From: a virus
Strand: one strand, 5' to 3'
DNA length: 64,000 nt
Virus record (IMG/VR): IMGVR_UViG_3300016649_000355
Shown: positions 29,706-38,557 of the stretch, piece after piece
Layout: every line of letters begins with the position of its first letter
Position numbering within the stretch: the first letter of the stretch is position 1
Translations under genes and position numbers: made by a program
The notes under the pieces: generated by a model
What the model was told of the DNA's origin: nothing
Databases searched by the model: none
Seen by the model: only the letters and a program-made list of their open reading frames with translations

Positions 29706-30519
29706 AATTGTATTGACGGGTGGATGTAGTTTTAGTCAGGTTCCAAACAAAGATGTAACATGGCCCGTACATTTATGCGAAGCTCTAGGATTAAAAGGAA
29801 TATATGGCGGGAGGGGCGCGGCTGGTAACGGGATCATAAGTAGAATGGCTACTTATAACTTAGTAGAATTATTAAAGACATATAAACCAGAAGAAATATT
29901 AGTTGGAATAATGTGGTCAAGTGCGGATCGCTTTGACATGTACAATGATGATGAAAATTTCCCACATACGCCAATCTTTTATGGTGATGATCACGAAGTT
30001 TATAGAAATCCCATCAAAATAGCAGGAAAACATAAACATTATATTTTTAACCATCATTGGAATGATGAATCATCATTAATACTTTATAAAAAGTTATATG
30101 ATCCATGGCATGGATATATCATAGCTATGGAACATATTTTAAGAATGCAATACATGCTTAAAAGTATGGGTATAAAATATTTTTTTTGTTTTTATGACAA
30201 AGATGCTTTTCCATCTGAGGAAAACTTAGAAAATCCTGATTTAAAATACATTTATGATCTTATAGATTTTAACAATTTTCTTAGGATTGAATCATGTTTT
30301 ATGTTCGCAAAAGATATTTCAAAATATGATTTTGCAAGATTAAAAGATTTCAATGATAAGCATCCTAGTTCAGAACAACATAGAGACTTTACTAACCAAT
30401 TTATTTTACCCTATCTAGTTGAAAAAGAGTACATAAAATCTTATACTCCATTAGAGATCGATAAATATTCTATGTCACGCAACGGTGGCAAAATCTTATT
30501 AAAAACTGTATCCGTGTAA
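29683..30519 (+). CDS. SGNH/GDSL-hydrolase-like protein
   Basis: GGCSFS, AAGN and DKHPSSEQH motifs. Confidence 0.65.
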   Translation: MQDNQNIKIVLTGGCSFSQVPNKDVTWPVHLCEALGLKGIYGGRGAAGNGIISRMATYNLVELLKTYKPEEILVGIMWSSADRFDMYNDDENFPHTPIFYGDDHEVYRNPIKIAGKHKHYIFNHHWNDESSLILYKKLYDPWHGYIIAMEHILRMQYMLKSMGIKYFFCFYDKDAFPSEENLENPDLKYIYDLIDFNNFLRIESCFMFAKDISKYDFARLKDFNDKHPSSEQHRDFTNQFILPYLVEKEYIKSYTPLEIDKYSMSRNGGKILLKTVSV

Positions 30520-30606
30520 GGAAGGACTAAATACTATTGCTATACAAAGATAGCAAAATTACCGAAAGGTCGTTGAGCATTTACGATAGATGCTTTGGAG
30601 CGAGAT

Positions 30607-31278
30607 ATGTATAAATTATATAAAATAACCAATACAGTAAACGGAAAACTGTATATCGGTATTACAAAATTACCCATACAACAGCGGTGGGCTAAACATC
30701 TAAAAGATTCACTTTTTCCCAAATATCCACTACATCATGCGATAAACAAATACGGGAAAGAAAACTTCATTGTAGAATTGTTAGAAGAATCAATCGACCG
30801 AGCATATATAAGCAATCTAGAAGAACCGTCAATACTAAAATATAATAGTAGAAATAACGGATATAATGTTGCTAAGGGCGGATATGGCGGTGATTTAGGT
30901 ACTGAAGCAAGAGCAAAAAGTTTAGAAACAATAAAAAATTGGTCCGATGAGAAGAAAGCGGAACATAAGCAAAAACTACATGAAAGAAATTTAGGCAAAA
31001 CAAAGTACAACGATTTAGGCAGATTGCATCAGTCAGAAAAAATAAAAGGTAATACTTTTAGAAAAGGAATACCGCATGATACTGAGGTTAAACAAAAGAT
31101 ATCGTCAAAAAATAAAGGAAAAATTCGTTCCGAACAATCTAGACTAAAGTATAGAAATAGTGCTAAACTAAGAGGAACAGGCCCGCAGTTACAAGGTAAA
31201 AAAGTTGGTTGTATCTGCTGCCAAAAAGAATGGGATTTAGGTAATTTTTCACAACATATAAAAAGGAAGTCATTATGA
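30607..31278 (+). mobile_element. Free-standing GIY-YIG homing endonuclease with NUMOD3-like repeats
   Basis: LYKITNTVNGKLYIGIT, RWAKH, GYNVAKGG and HDTEVKQKIS motifs. Confidence 0.88.
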
Positions 31279-31952
31279 GTTTCAACAAAACTAAGGCAGA
31301 CCCTGAATTAGGTAAAAAAGTTCACGAATATTTAGTAAAAGTCGGTGTCGAAACTCCCACTATCTTTAACGGTTTGAGTCGCACCGATAAAATTGAGATT
31401 ATTGAAAAAAAGTTCATAGATATTATGAACACGCTAGGACTTGATTTATCAGACGATAGTTTAGCAGAAACACCTAAGCGTGTAGCAAAAATGTATGTTG
31501 GAGAAATTTTTTGGGGCCTTGACTATGAAGCATTTCCAAAATGCACAACAGTCGATAACAAAATGAAGTATAACGAAATGGTGGTAGAGAGAAATGTATC
31601 TGTACAAAGTAATTGTGAGCATCACTTTGTTGTTATTGACGGTCTGGCAACTGTGGCATATGTACCAAAAAACAAAGTGCTTGGACTGTCTAAAATCAAC
31701 CGCATCGTTGAGTATTTCAGCAAAAGACCACAAATCCAAGAACGGTTGACTGAACAGATTTTTCACACATTGCAATACATCCTGGAGACTGAAGATGTTG
31801 CAGTCATGATTGACGCACAACATTACTGTGTAAAATCTAGGGGAGTAGAAGATACGGGTAGTTCTACCGTGACTGTTAGATTAGGCGGTGGATTCAAGAG
31901 CGACCCAGCAGCTAGGAATGAATTCTTGAGCATTGCGAGGATGAAAAAATGA
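31275..31952 (+). CDS. folE: GTP cyclohydrolase I
   Basis: ETPKRVAK, CEHHF, GLSKINR, QIQERL and HYCVKSRG motifs. Confidence 0.97.
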   Translation: MSFNKTKADPELGKKVHEYLVKVGVETPTIFNGLSRTDKIEIIEKKFIDIMNTLGLDLSDDSLAETPKRVAKMYVGEIFWGLDYEAFPKCTTVDNKMKYNEMVVERNVSVQSNCEHHFVVIDGLATVAYVPKNKVLGLSKINRIVEYFSKRPQIQERLTEQIFHTLQYILETEDVAVMIDAQHYCVKSRGVEDTGSSTVTVRLGGGFKSDPAARNEFLSIARMKK

Positions 31953-32083
31953 TCACTAGTATACTTGCGTTGTTCGTGATGCTAGCCATGGTTGTATATT
32001 TGTTAATTCCTGAAAACAAAAATTGCAATCAGGACTGCAATCAAGGACGAGATTGTGATTGTGGAGACAAGAATGGGATTTAG
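31949..32083 (+). CDS. Small membrane protein with CNQDCNQGRDCDC motif (not in ORF track)
   Basis: 44 aa, ATGA overlap, N-terminal transmembrane segment. Confidence 0.55.
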   Translation: MITSILALFVMLAMVVYLLIPENKNCNQDCNQGRDCDCGDKNGI

Positions 32084-32309
32084 AAAACCTTTAGATCGTG
32101 ACTCAATATACCATCAGATTCATATGGCGGGTGTTGAAATAAATAGTCCATATAATGATGGATATACTGCATTCGAAGTCAAAAAAGATTTATACAAGAT
32201 CAAATGGCTCATTGAAGAAATCTTGAATGATAGCGCATATCTCAGCGGAGAAGATGAGTGGGTCGAAGAACAATCAAAACAACAAATGTGGAGAAAACTT
32301 AAAAAATGA
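32073..32309 (+). CDS. Hypothetical phage protein
   Basis: ORF coupled to the next gene. Confidence 0.65.
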   Translation: MGFRKPLDRDSIYHQIHMAGVEINSPYNDGYTAFEVKKDLYKIKWLIEEILNDSAYLSGEDEWVEEQSKQQMWRKLKK

Positions 32310-32779
32310 TTTTTAATTATGTGAAAGAAATTAAGCGGCAGGGATTAAAGATTGGCATTACATTCAGCACATTTGATCTATTACATGCTGGGCATATCGC
32401 TATGTTAAGTGAAGCAAAAAATCACTGCGATTATCTTATTGCCGGATTACAAACTGACCCCACAATTGATCGTCCGGATACTAAAAATCCCCCGGTTCAA
32501 TCAATCGTCGAGAGACAAATTCAATTGGCAGCTACTAGATATGTAGATGAGATCGTAGTTTATGAGACTGAAAAGGATCTACTTGATCTACTATTGATCT
32601 TGCCCGTCGATGTTAGAATCCTGGGAGTAGAATACTATGATAAACCCTTTACCGGGAGAGATGAGTGTATTCAGCGTGGCATTGAGTTGGTGTTCAACGG
32701 GCGCGATCATAGTTTTAGCTCAAGCAGTCTGAGGAAAAGAGTGGCTGAAGCGGAAAATAATAAAAACAGTTGTTGTTAA
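32306..32779 (+). CDS. TagD-like cytidylyltransferase
   Basis: STFDLLHAGH, YVDE and RDHSFSSS motifs. Confidence 0.88.
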   Translation: MIFNYVKEIKRQGLKIGITFSTFDLLHAGHIAMLSEAKNHCDYLIAGLQTDPTIDRPDTKNPPVQSIVERQIQLAATRYVDEIVVYETEKDLLDLLLILPVDVRILGVEYYDKPFTGRDECIQRGIELVFNGRDHSFSSSSLRKRVAEAENNKNSCC

Positions 32780-32783
32780 AAAT

Positions 32784-32822
32784 AGCGGTCTTGGCATTCA
32801 TCCCGCTTTATAAATTCTGCAT
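32784..32822 (+). ncRNA. Candidate preQ1-I-like riboswitch/pseudoknot in the queD leader
   Basis: AGCGG/CCGCT stem, loop ending CATC, A/U-rich tail whose TGC can pair with loop GCA; upstream of queD. Confidence 0.45.
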
Positions 32823-32860
32823 ACCATCAAACTTGCTCATTTTTTTACAGGAGACTAGAG

Positions 32861-33340
32861 ATGGCAAAATATATTTCAACTAAAACATATAATCAGATTG
32901 GACCGGTCGCATACCGTCAATGGCGTGCGGATAGTCATTGTAATCTTATTCATGGTTACGCATTGAGTTTTCATTTTGAATTTGAATGTGATGACCTTGA
33001 TGCCCGTAACTGGTGCATGGATTTCGGTGGCTTGCGTCCACTCAAAGATAAATTGGAAGATTGGTTCGATCATACTTTATTAGTTGCACAAGATGACCCA
33101 CATCATGACATATTACTCAATCTAGGTAAACTAGGTATCGCAAAGATTACTGAAGTGGAAAAGACTGGATGCGAGGGCATCGCAGACTTTTTGTATGAAT
33201 ATATCAATACAATCTTTTTACCTGAATATGGTCGAGTAGAAGCGGATAGAATTTGGTGTTGTAAGGTAGAAGTACGGGAAACAGATAGTAACATGGCAAT
33301 GAGAATCGGACATAGAGAGGATAACGAATATAATGATTGA
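32861..33340 (+). CDS. queD: 6-carboxy-tetrahydropterin synthase
   Basis: CNLIHGY, MDFG, FDH, GCE and VRET motifs. Confidence 0.88.
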   Translation: MAKYISTKTYNQIGPVAYRQWRADSHCNLIHGYALSFHFEFECDDLDARNWCMDFGGLRPLKDKLEDWFDHTLLVAQDDPHHDILLNLGKLGIAKITEVEKTGCEGIADFLYEYINTIFLPEYGRVEADRIWCCKVEVRETDSNMAMRIGHREDNEYND

Positions 33341-33938
33341 AACAATTTGTGAAATTTTTAAAGAAGGATATAAAAGGGGTTGGATAACCGCCCGTGATGG
33401 TAACGCATCAGTTAGATATAAAGAACAAAATTATTTCTTTGTGACTCCTTCTGGGGTGAGGAAACAATTTTTGCAGCCCGAGATGTTTCTAAAAGTTTCA
33501 GTCGATGATAGAAATAATCATCAAAGCCTAAGCCAACTGGGAGAAAGTTTAAAGCCTTCAGGTGAATTGCCATTGCATCATGGATTGCAGAAACAAATCG
33601 ATACCGATATTAGGGTAGTATTACACATGCATCCCACATATACAGTATCAGCACTATATAAAGGAATAAATCTACAGCAACTATTAGAAGATTTTCCTGA
33701 ATTAAGTAGGTATACAAGTGTTGCCCCTTCTATCCCACTCATTCCTCCTGTATCCGAAGAACTTGCTAAAGCCTGCATAGAAAATCTACAAGTAGAGAAT
33801 GGTAAGATCAAATACAACATCATTGGTATGGACAGACACGGCGTAGTGGCTGTGGATACTAGCCCCTGGCGTGCTTTCGAGCATATCGAAAGGTTAGAGC
33901 ATATATCCAAGATCGTTTTAGAATCAGGTAGGATATGA
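33333..33938 (+). CDS. Class II aldolase/adducin family protein
   Basis: DGNAS, TPSG, PSGELPLH, HMHP and HGVV motifs. Confidence 0.9.
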   Translation: MIETICEIFKEGYKRGWITARDGNASVRYKEQNYFFVTPSGVRKQFLQPEMFLKVSVDDRNNHQSLSQLGESLKPSGELPLHHGLQKQIDTDIRVVLHMHPTYTVSALYKGINLQQLLEDFPELSRYTSVAPSIPLIPPVSEELAKACIENLQVENGKIKYNIIGMDRHGVVAVDTSPWRAFEHIERLEHISKIVLESGRI

Positions 33939-34420
33939 AAAAAAGATATGTAAGTTGGGAACAGCATACTAAACTTGTCAACGAGATTTTGCGGCAGATG
34001 GCAAAAGATCGTTGGACACCTGATATTGTCGTGGGTATCTCAAGGGGAGGATTATTGCCTGCAAAGATGATCAGCCAATATCTTGAAAAGCCATTAGAGA
34101 TTGTAAAGATTTCATTACGCAATGAGGGAATATGCGAGTCCAATCTTGCTTTGGTAGAAGATGCCTTGAAGATGAAGCGCATATTGATTGTAGACGATAT
34201 AAATGACACCGGTGCTACACTGAACTGGTTAAAGGATGATTGGGAAAATCCAAAAAGTTCTAAATGGTTAAGCATGTGGGGATTCTCAGTAAGGGTAGCA
34301 GTGGTATTTGATAATCTAGCAAGCGATTCACAATTGCGTGTCAGCTATCATGGCGAAGAGATCAATAAACTTGACAATCCAGAATGGATCGTGTTTCCCT
34401 GGGAAGACTGGTGGCGATGA
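33935..34420 (+). CDS. Type I phosphoribosyltransferase (Gpt-like)
   Basis: GISRGGL, LIVDDINDTGATL and WIVFPWE motifs. Confidence 0.9.
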   Translation: MKKRYVSWEQHTKLVNEILRQMAKDRWTPDIVVGISRGGLLPAKMISQYLEKPLEIVKISLRNEGICESNLALVEDALKMKRILIVDDINDTGATLNWLKDDWENPKSSKWLSMWGFSVRVAVVFDNLASDSQLRVSYHGEEINKLDNPEWIVFPWEDWWR

Positions 34421-34608
34421 ATAGTATAGAAAAAATATGGGCTAGAGCAACGGGACATCTAATGGGTCAAACTGATGAGGACAGACCCGATGTGCCTATA
34501 CTCACAGTCAAAGAAGCAAGATTCGCGTTGTTCCTAAAAACTTTCTGGGTATTGATACATGTTATAACATGTTTCTTTATCATTGCAAATGTTATAAGGC
34601 ATTGGTAA
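34417..34608 (+). CDS. Small membrane protein
   Basis: C-terminal transmembrane segment, ATGA overlap. Confidence 0.65.
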   Translation: MNSIEKIWARATGHLMGQTDEDRPDVPILTVKEARFALFLKTFWVLIHVITCFFIIANVIRHW

Positions 34609-34741
34609 TGCGTAAAAATTTATATCTATTTCTATTTTTTTTACTTTTTTTGCTTTTATATTTCACAGGCGAATATCTCGGATGTGTCAAAATGATCGCA
34701 ATTAAAAATACACTTTGTGGCCCGGGGAGTTTAAATCTATT

Positions 34742-35134
34742 ATGATGCGCGATGACTTAATGGTTCAAGAGCAAATTAATAATGAATGGGAACACATGGT
34801 GGGAGTTATCATGTTGAACCAGACACACAGGAAACAAGTAAAAGCAGTATTGCCAGAATTCTTAAAAAGATTTCCCCATCCAGAATCTGTTGTTAGAAGC
34901 AGGATAATTGATATCGAAGAGATCATTAAACCTTTGGGCATGTATAAAGTGAGGGCAAAAAGAATCTATCGTATGACTATAGATTACTTGACTTGGGATA
35001 AACAAAATGCTAAGATGTTGTATGGAATTGGTAAATACGGTAGTGACAGCTATGAGATATTTTTCAAGAACAATTATAATGTAGAACCAACTGACAAAGA
35101 ATTAAAAAGGTATTTAAATGAACATCAAAGTTAG
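34742..35134 (+). CDS. HhH-GPD DNA glycosylase, MBD4-like catalytic domain
   Basis: MLNQT, IKPLGM, LYGIGKYGSDSY and PTDKEL motifs. Confidence 0.85.
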   Translation: MMRDDLMVQEQINNEWEHMVGVIMLNQTHRKQVKAVLPEFLKRFPHPESVVRSRIIDIEEIIKPLGMYKVRAKRIYRMTIDYLTWDKQNAKMLYGIGKYGSDSYEIFFKNNYNVEPTDKELKRYLNEHQS

Positions 35135-35966
35135 TGAATTGTTTTACAGCATTCAGGGAGAAGGAAGGTACATGGGAGTACCTTCCGTGTTCTTGAGGAC
35201 ATTTGGTTGCAACTTTACATGTGATGGGTTTGGTATGGCTAAAGGCATGAAATCAAATGAGAGAGATTTCTTTGCAGCCAATATCATGCGTTATCAAAGC
35301 TACAAGAACCTTCCACTAGCTGGTACAGGCTGTGATAGTTATGCTAGCTGGGATCCAAGATTCAAGGATCTAAGTCCCATGGTAGAGATCGATGGATTGG
35401 TAAATAATATCATGGATATGTTGCCTTATAACGAATGGCGTGATGAACATCTTGTGATCACGGGAGGTGAACCTTTATTAGGTTGGCAACGAGCATATCC
35501 TGAACTACTGGGACATGAAAAGATGCGATCATTGAAACATCTTACATTTGAGACAAATGGGACACAGATGTTGACTACTGAGTTCGCAACTTGGCTTCAC
35601 CGTGAATTCCATCATGATCGTGGAATATATAGCGTGACATTCAGCATCAGTCCTAAATTAAGTGTGAGCGGTGAGAAGCGTGAAGATGCTATCAAGCCCG
35701 AAGTAGTGGCACAACTTGATGAGTATGGATATGCGTATCTTAAATTTGTTGTTGCTAGCGAAGAAGATGTAACCGAAGCATTAGAGATGACAGAGCTTTA
35801 TCGTGATGCAGGGTTCGGTGGTCCAGTATATTTGATGCCTCTGGGAGGCATCGAATCAACATATCATATGAACAAGACACAAGTAGCAAATTTAGCATTG
35901 AAGCATGGATTGAGGTACAGCGATAGACTGCATGTGCCATTATTTAAAAACGCCTGGGGAACATAA
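35118..35966 (+). CDS. queE: 7-carboxy-7-deazaguanine synthase (radical SAM)
   Basis: FYSIQGEG, FLRTFGC, TGGEP, ETNGT, SPKL and RLH motifs. Confidence 0.92.
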   Translation: MNIKVSELFYSIQGEGRYMGVPSVFLRTFGCNFTCDGFGMAKGMKSNERDFFAANIMRYQSYKNLPLAGTGCDSYASWDPRFKDLSPMVEIDGLVNNIMDMLPYNEWRDEHLVITGGEPLLGWQRAYPELLGHEKMRSLKHLTFETNGTQMLTTEFATWLHREFHHDRGIYSVTFSISPKLSVSGEKREDAIKPEVVAQLDEYGYAYLKFVVASEEDVTEALEMTELYRDAGFGGPVYLMPLGGIESTYHMNKTQVANLALKHGLRYSDRLHVPLFKNAWGT

Positions 35967-36154
35967 TGAAAAAGGTTACGATTACTAAAATGCAGTATGA
36001 AAAGATCAAAGAAGTATTTGAGATGTATGACACATTAGAGTATATTTCAGTAATAGAGACAAATGAGAGTGGCATTGGTCCAACGACAAAAATTGAATTT
36101 ATTCCGCCATCAAACAATGTGGTGGTTGATATCACGGATCTGAGTAGTTGGTAA
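35966..36154 (+). CDS. Hypothetical phage protein
   Basis: 62-aa coupled ORF. Confidence 0.65.
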   Translation: MKKVTITKMQYEKIKEVFEMYDTLEYISVIETNESGIGPTTKIEFIPPSNNVVVDITDLSSW

Positions 36155-36375
36155 TGTTTTATAAGGATCCTGATATTTTTTGGTATCGTGCAACATGGCG
36201 AAGGAAACTTTCTATATTCCCGAGGCGTTGCGCTACATCAAAAGAATTGTTATGGTTCAAGAAAGCATATCTAGGACAGACAACATATTTCGGGCCCGGT
36301 GATCCTGTAGTAGAAGAACGATGGCTATCAGATAAAGAATATATTTTCAAGAAATTAAAGGGTGAGATACTTTGA
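36148..36375 (+). CDS. Hypothetical phage protein
   Basis: 75-aa coupled ORF. Confidence 0.6.
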   Translation: MVMFYKDPDIFWYRATWRRKLSIFPRRCATSKELLWFKKAYLGQTTYFGPGDPVVEERWLSDKEYIFKKLKGEIL

Positions 36376-37724
36376 AAACATATGACAAGCGTATAGCGTT
36401 CATGATAAGCGATCAGCATTTTATCCCGCACGGTGGGATAGGGAGTTTCTGCAAAGGATTCATTGAGATGTGCGGTAGACTAAACTGGAAAGTAGACATA
36501 CTACTAGACAAGTCTCCGCGCAATAAAACATTCTGCGAACTCATAGAATCATTGGGTGCCAATGTATTATGGCCATTAGAACCATTAAGTTATACAGACC
36601 ATACTGCCACATTTGCATTTAGCGATACTATCAACTTTGAAAAGATCATCAACTTCCGTAAAGTCATATTGGAAGCATTTGAAGAAAATATCTACGATAT
36701 GATCGTATGTAACACACAGGAAGCGATGACTGCGGCATATGCTATGACAGTCAACAAGTATATTCCTGTGGTGTTCTATACACACTTGCATAGCATGATC
36801 TTCCGTGACAGCCAAGGTAGTGATGTATTCTTAGACAGTTACCATAACTTCTATAACAAGCATATGGAGCTTACTGATATCATCATCGGTACACAGAGTC
36901 AAAAGAATATTGACGAACTCACAAAGTATGGCGCTACTAACTGTAGACTATTGCGCATGCCTATGAGTGAGCGTGGATTGCTTGAAAGATATAAAGGTAA
37001 GCGTGAGGGTGTACTATTCATCGGTCGCTGGGAAGAAGGCAAGAATCCAGAAGCATATATCCGTGTTATGAAAGAATGCAAACTTCCCTGTCGTGTGATG
37101 ACTAACGAGAGCGGTAGAAAGAAGTTTGAGAAAGCATTTGATCAAGCGGGCATTATCGATTATACTATCAAAGCAGGTATTACTGGTCAAGAGAAAGTAA
37201 ATTTCATCAGGCAGTCAGATACATTCTTCATGCCAAGTCTGCGTGAGAACTATCCATTTGCATTTTTAGAATGTTTAGGTCATATGCCATGTGTTGTGCT
37301 TGACACGCAGGACTGGAGTGACAATTTTAATGGGCAGTACTTCCACAAGGTAAATATCAAAGATGCAAGTAATCTTATCAAGACTATCTATGGCGGTAAT
37401 CAATTAGCGACCGCATTAGATTATGTCAAGAAATTAGATGATGAAGTGGCTGAGGGTTGGATCAGATTTGTAGACGATTTTGTTGCCAAGCGTAGCAACA
37501 CAAACAGCGCCAAGATCAATAGTTATGATACTGTAAAGTATAGTGACTACATCAAGGATTTGGACAGGAAACATCTAGCCCGAGAAGATTTTGAAAGTGT
37601 GTTGTCAAACAAGAAAAAATTTATTAAAATTGTCTACACGGACAATGACACATACCTATCCAAGGACCCGTCTTTCATGCCCAAAGAAGAACAATCAGGA
37701 TTAAATTTATTTGAAGGAATATAA
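36372..37724 (+). CDS. GT-B (GT4-like) glycosyltransferase
   Basis: PHGGIG, FIGRWEEGKNP and PSLRENYPFAFLE motifs. Confidence 0.85.
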   Translation: MKTYDKRIAFMISDQHFIPHGGIGSFCKGFIEMCGRLNWKVDILLDKSPRNKTFCELIESLGANVLWPLEPLSYTDHTATFAFSDTINFEKIINFRKVILEAFEENIYDMIVCNTQEAMTAAYAMTVNKYIPVVFYTHLHSMIFRDSQGSDVFLDSYHNFYNKHMELTDIIIGTQSQKNIDELTKYGATNCRLLRMPMSERGLLERYKGKREGVLFIGRWEEGKNPEAYIRVMKECKLPCRVMTNESGRKKFEKAFDQAGIIDYTIKAGITGQEKVNFIRQSDTFFMPSLRENYPFAFLECLGHMPCVVLDTQDWSDNFNGQYFHKVNIKDASNLIKTIYGGNQLATALDYVKKLDDEVAEGWIRFVDDFVAKRSNTNSAKINSYDTVKYSDYIKDLDRKHLAREDFESVLSNKKKFIKIVYTDNDTYLSKDPSFMPKEEQSGLNLFEGI

Positions 37725-38557
37725 TGAAAAAAGTATTGATCACAGGTAGTTCAGGTTACATCGGTTCACATCTTTGTGAATTATTGAAAAAAGATTATGA
37801 AGTGCATGGATTAGATATCAGACCTCCGCAGGTTGAAGTATCTAAATTTTATCAAGTAGACATAAATCGACTGTTCACTATCCCCGATCAACTAGAACCA
37901 TATGATGCGGTGATACATCTTGCGGCACTAGTCAATGTAGGTGAGAGCGAAAAGATGCCCATCATGTATTATGTCACAAATCTAAATGGCACTATGAATG
38001 TTTTAAATAAGATTCCAACTAGAAATTTTATTTTTGCTAGCACCGGTGCGGCGCAAGATTGTGAGAGTGCATATGGTGTGAGCAAAAGGGCTGCCGAAGA
38101 TGTTGTCCGTGAATACTGCAATAGGCATAGTCCAAAAGACTTTACAATTTTTAGATTTTACAATGTGATCGGTAGCTCAGTGGTAAAACCAACTAATCCA
38201 GATGGATTGTTCTACAAATTGATAGAAGCTAAGACCACTGGTGAATTTACTATCTATGGAACTGATTATCCTAACACCAGTGATGGCACATGTGTCCGTG
38301 ATTATGTTCATGTTGATGAGATATGTCATGCATTGCGTGATGCTATTGAAAAATCTGCTAATAAAACAGAATGTCTAGGACACGGGGTAGGTTATACTGT
38401 AAAAGAAATGGCTGAAATATTTCAAAAAGTAAATGACTGTGATTTTGAAATCAAAAAAGGACCCAGGCGCAAAGGTGATATAGAGTACTATGTGTTAGAA
38501 GATGTGTCTAGTTTTATGAAGAATCTGTATGCTATTGAGGATCTTTTAAAGATTTGA
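37724..38557 (+). CDS. NAD-dependent epimerase (GalE-like)
   Basis: GSSGYIG, HLAA, YGVSK and CVRDYVHV motifs. Confidence 0.92.
   Translation: MKKVLITGSSGYIGSHLCELLKKDYEVHGLDIRPPQVEVSKFYQVDINRLFTIPDQLEPYDAVIHLAALVNVGESEKMPIMYYVTNLNGTMNVLNKIPTRNFIFASTGAAQDCESAYGVSKRAAEDVVREYCNRHSPKDFTIFRFYNVIGSSVVKPTNPDGLFYKLIEAKTTGEFTIYGTDYPNTSDGTCVRDYVHVDEICHALRDAIEKSANKTECLGHGVGYTVKEMAEIFQKVNDCDFEIKKGPRRKGDIEYYVLEDVSSFMKNLYAIEDLLKI

Noticed and set aside
30520..31278. Group I intron around the GIY-YIG gene
   Set aside because: folE is intact and overlaps the endonuclease stop; no interrupted host gene and no space for a 3' intron core are visible.
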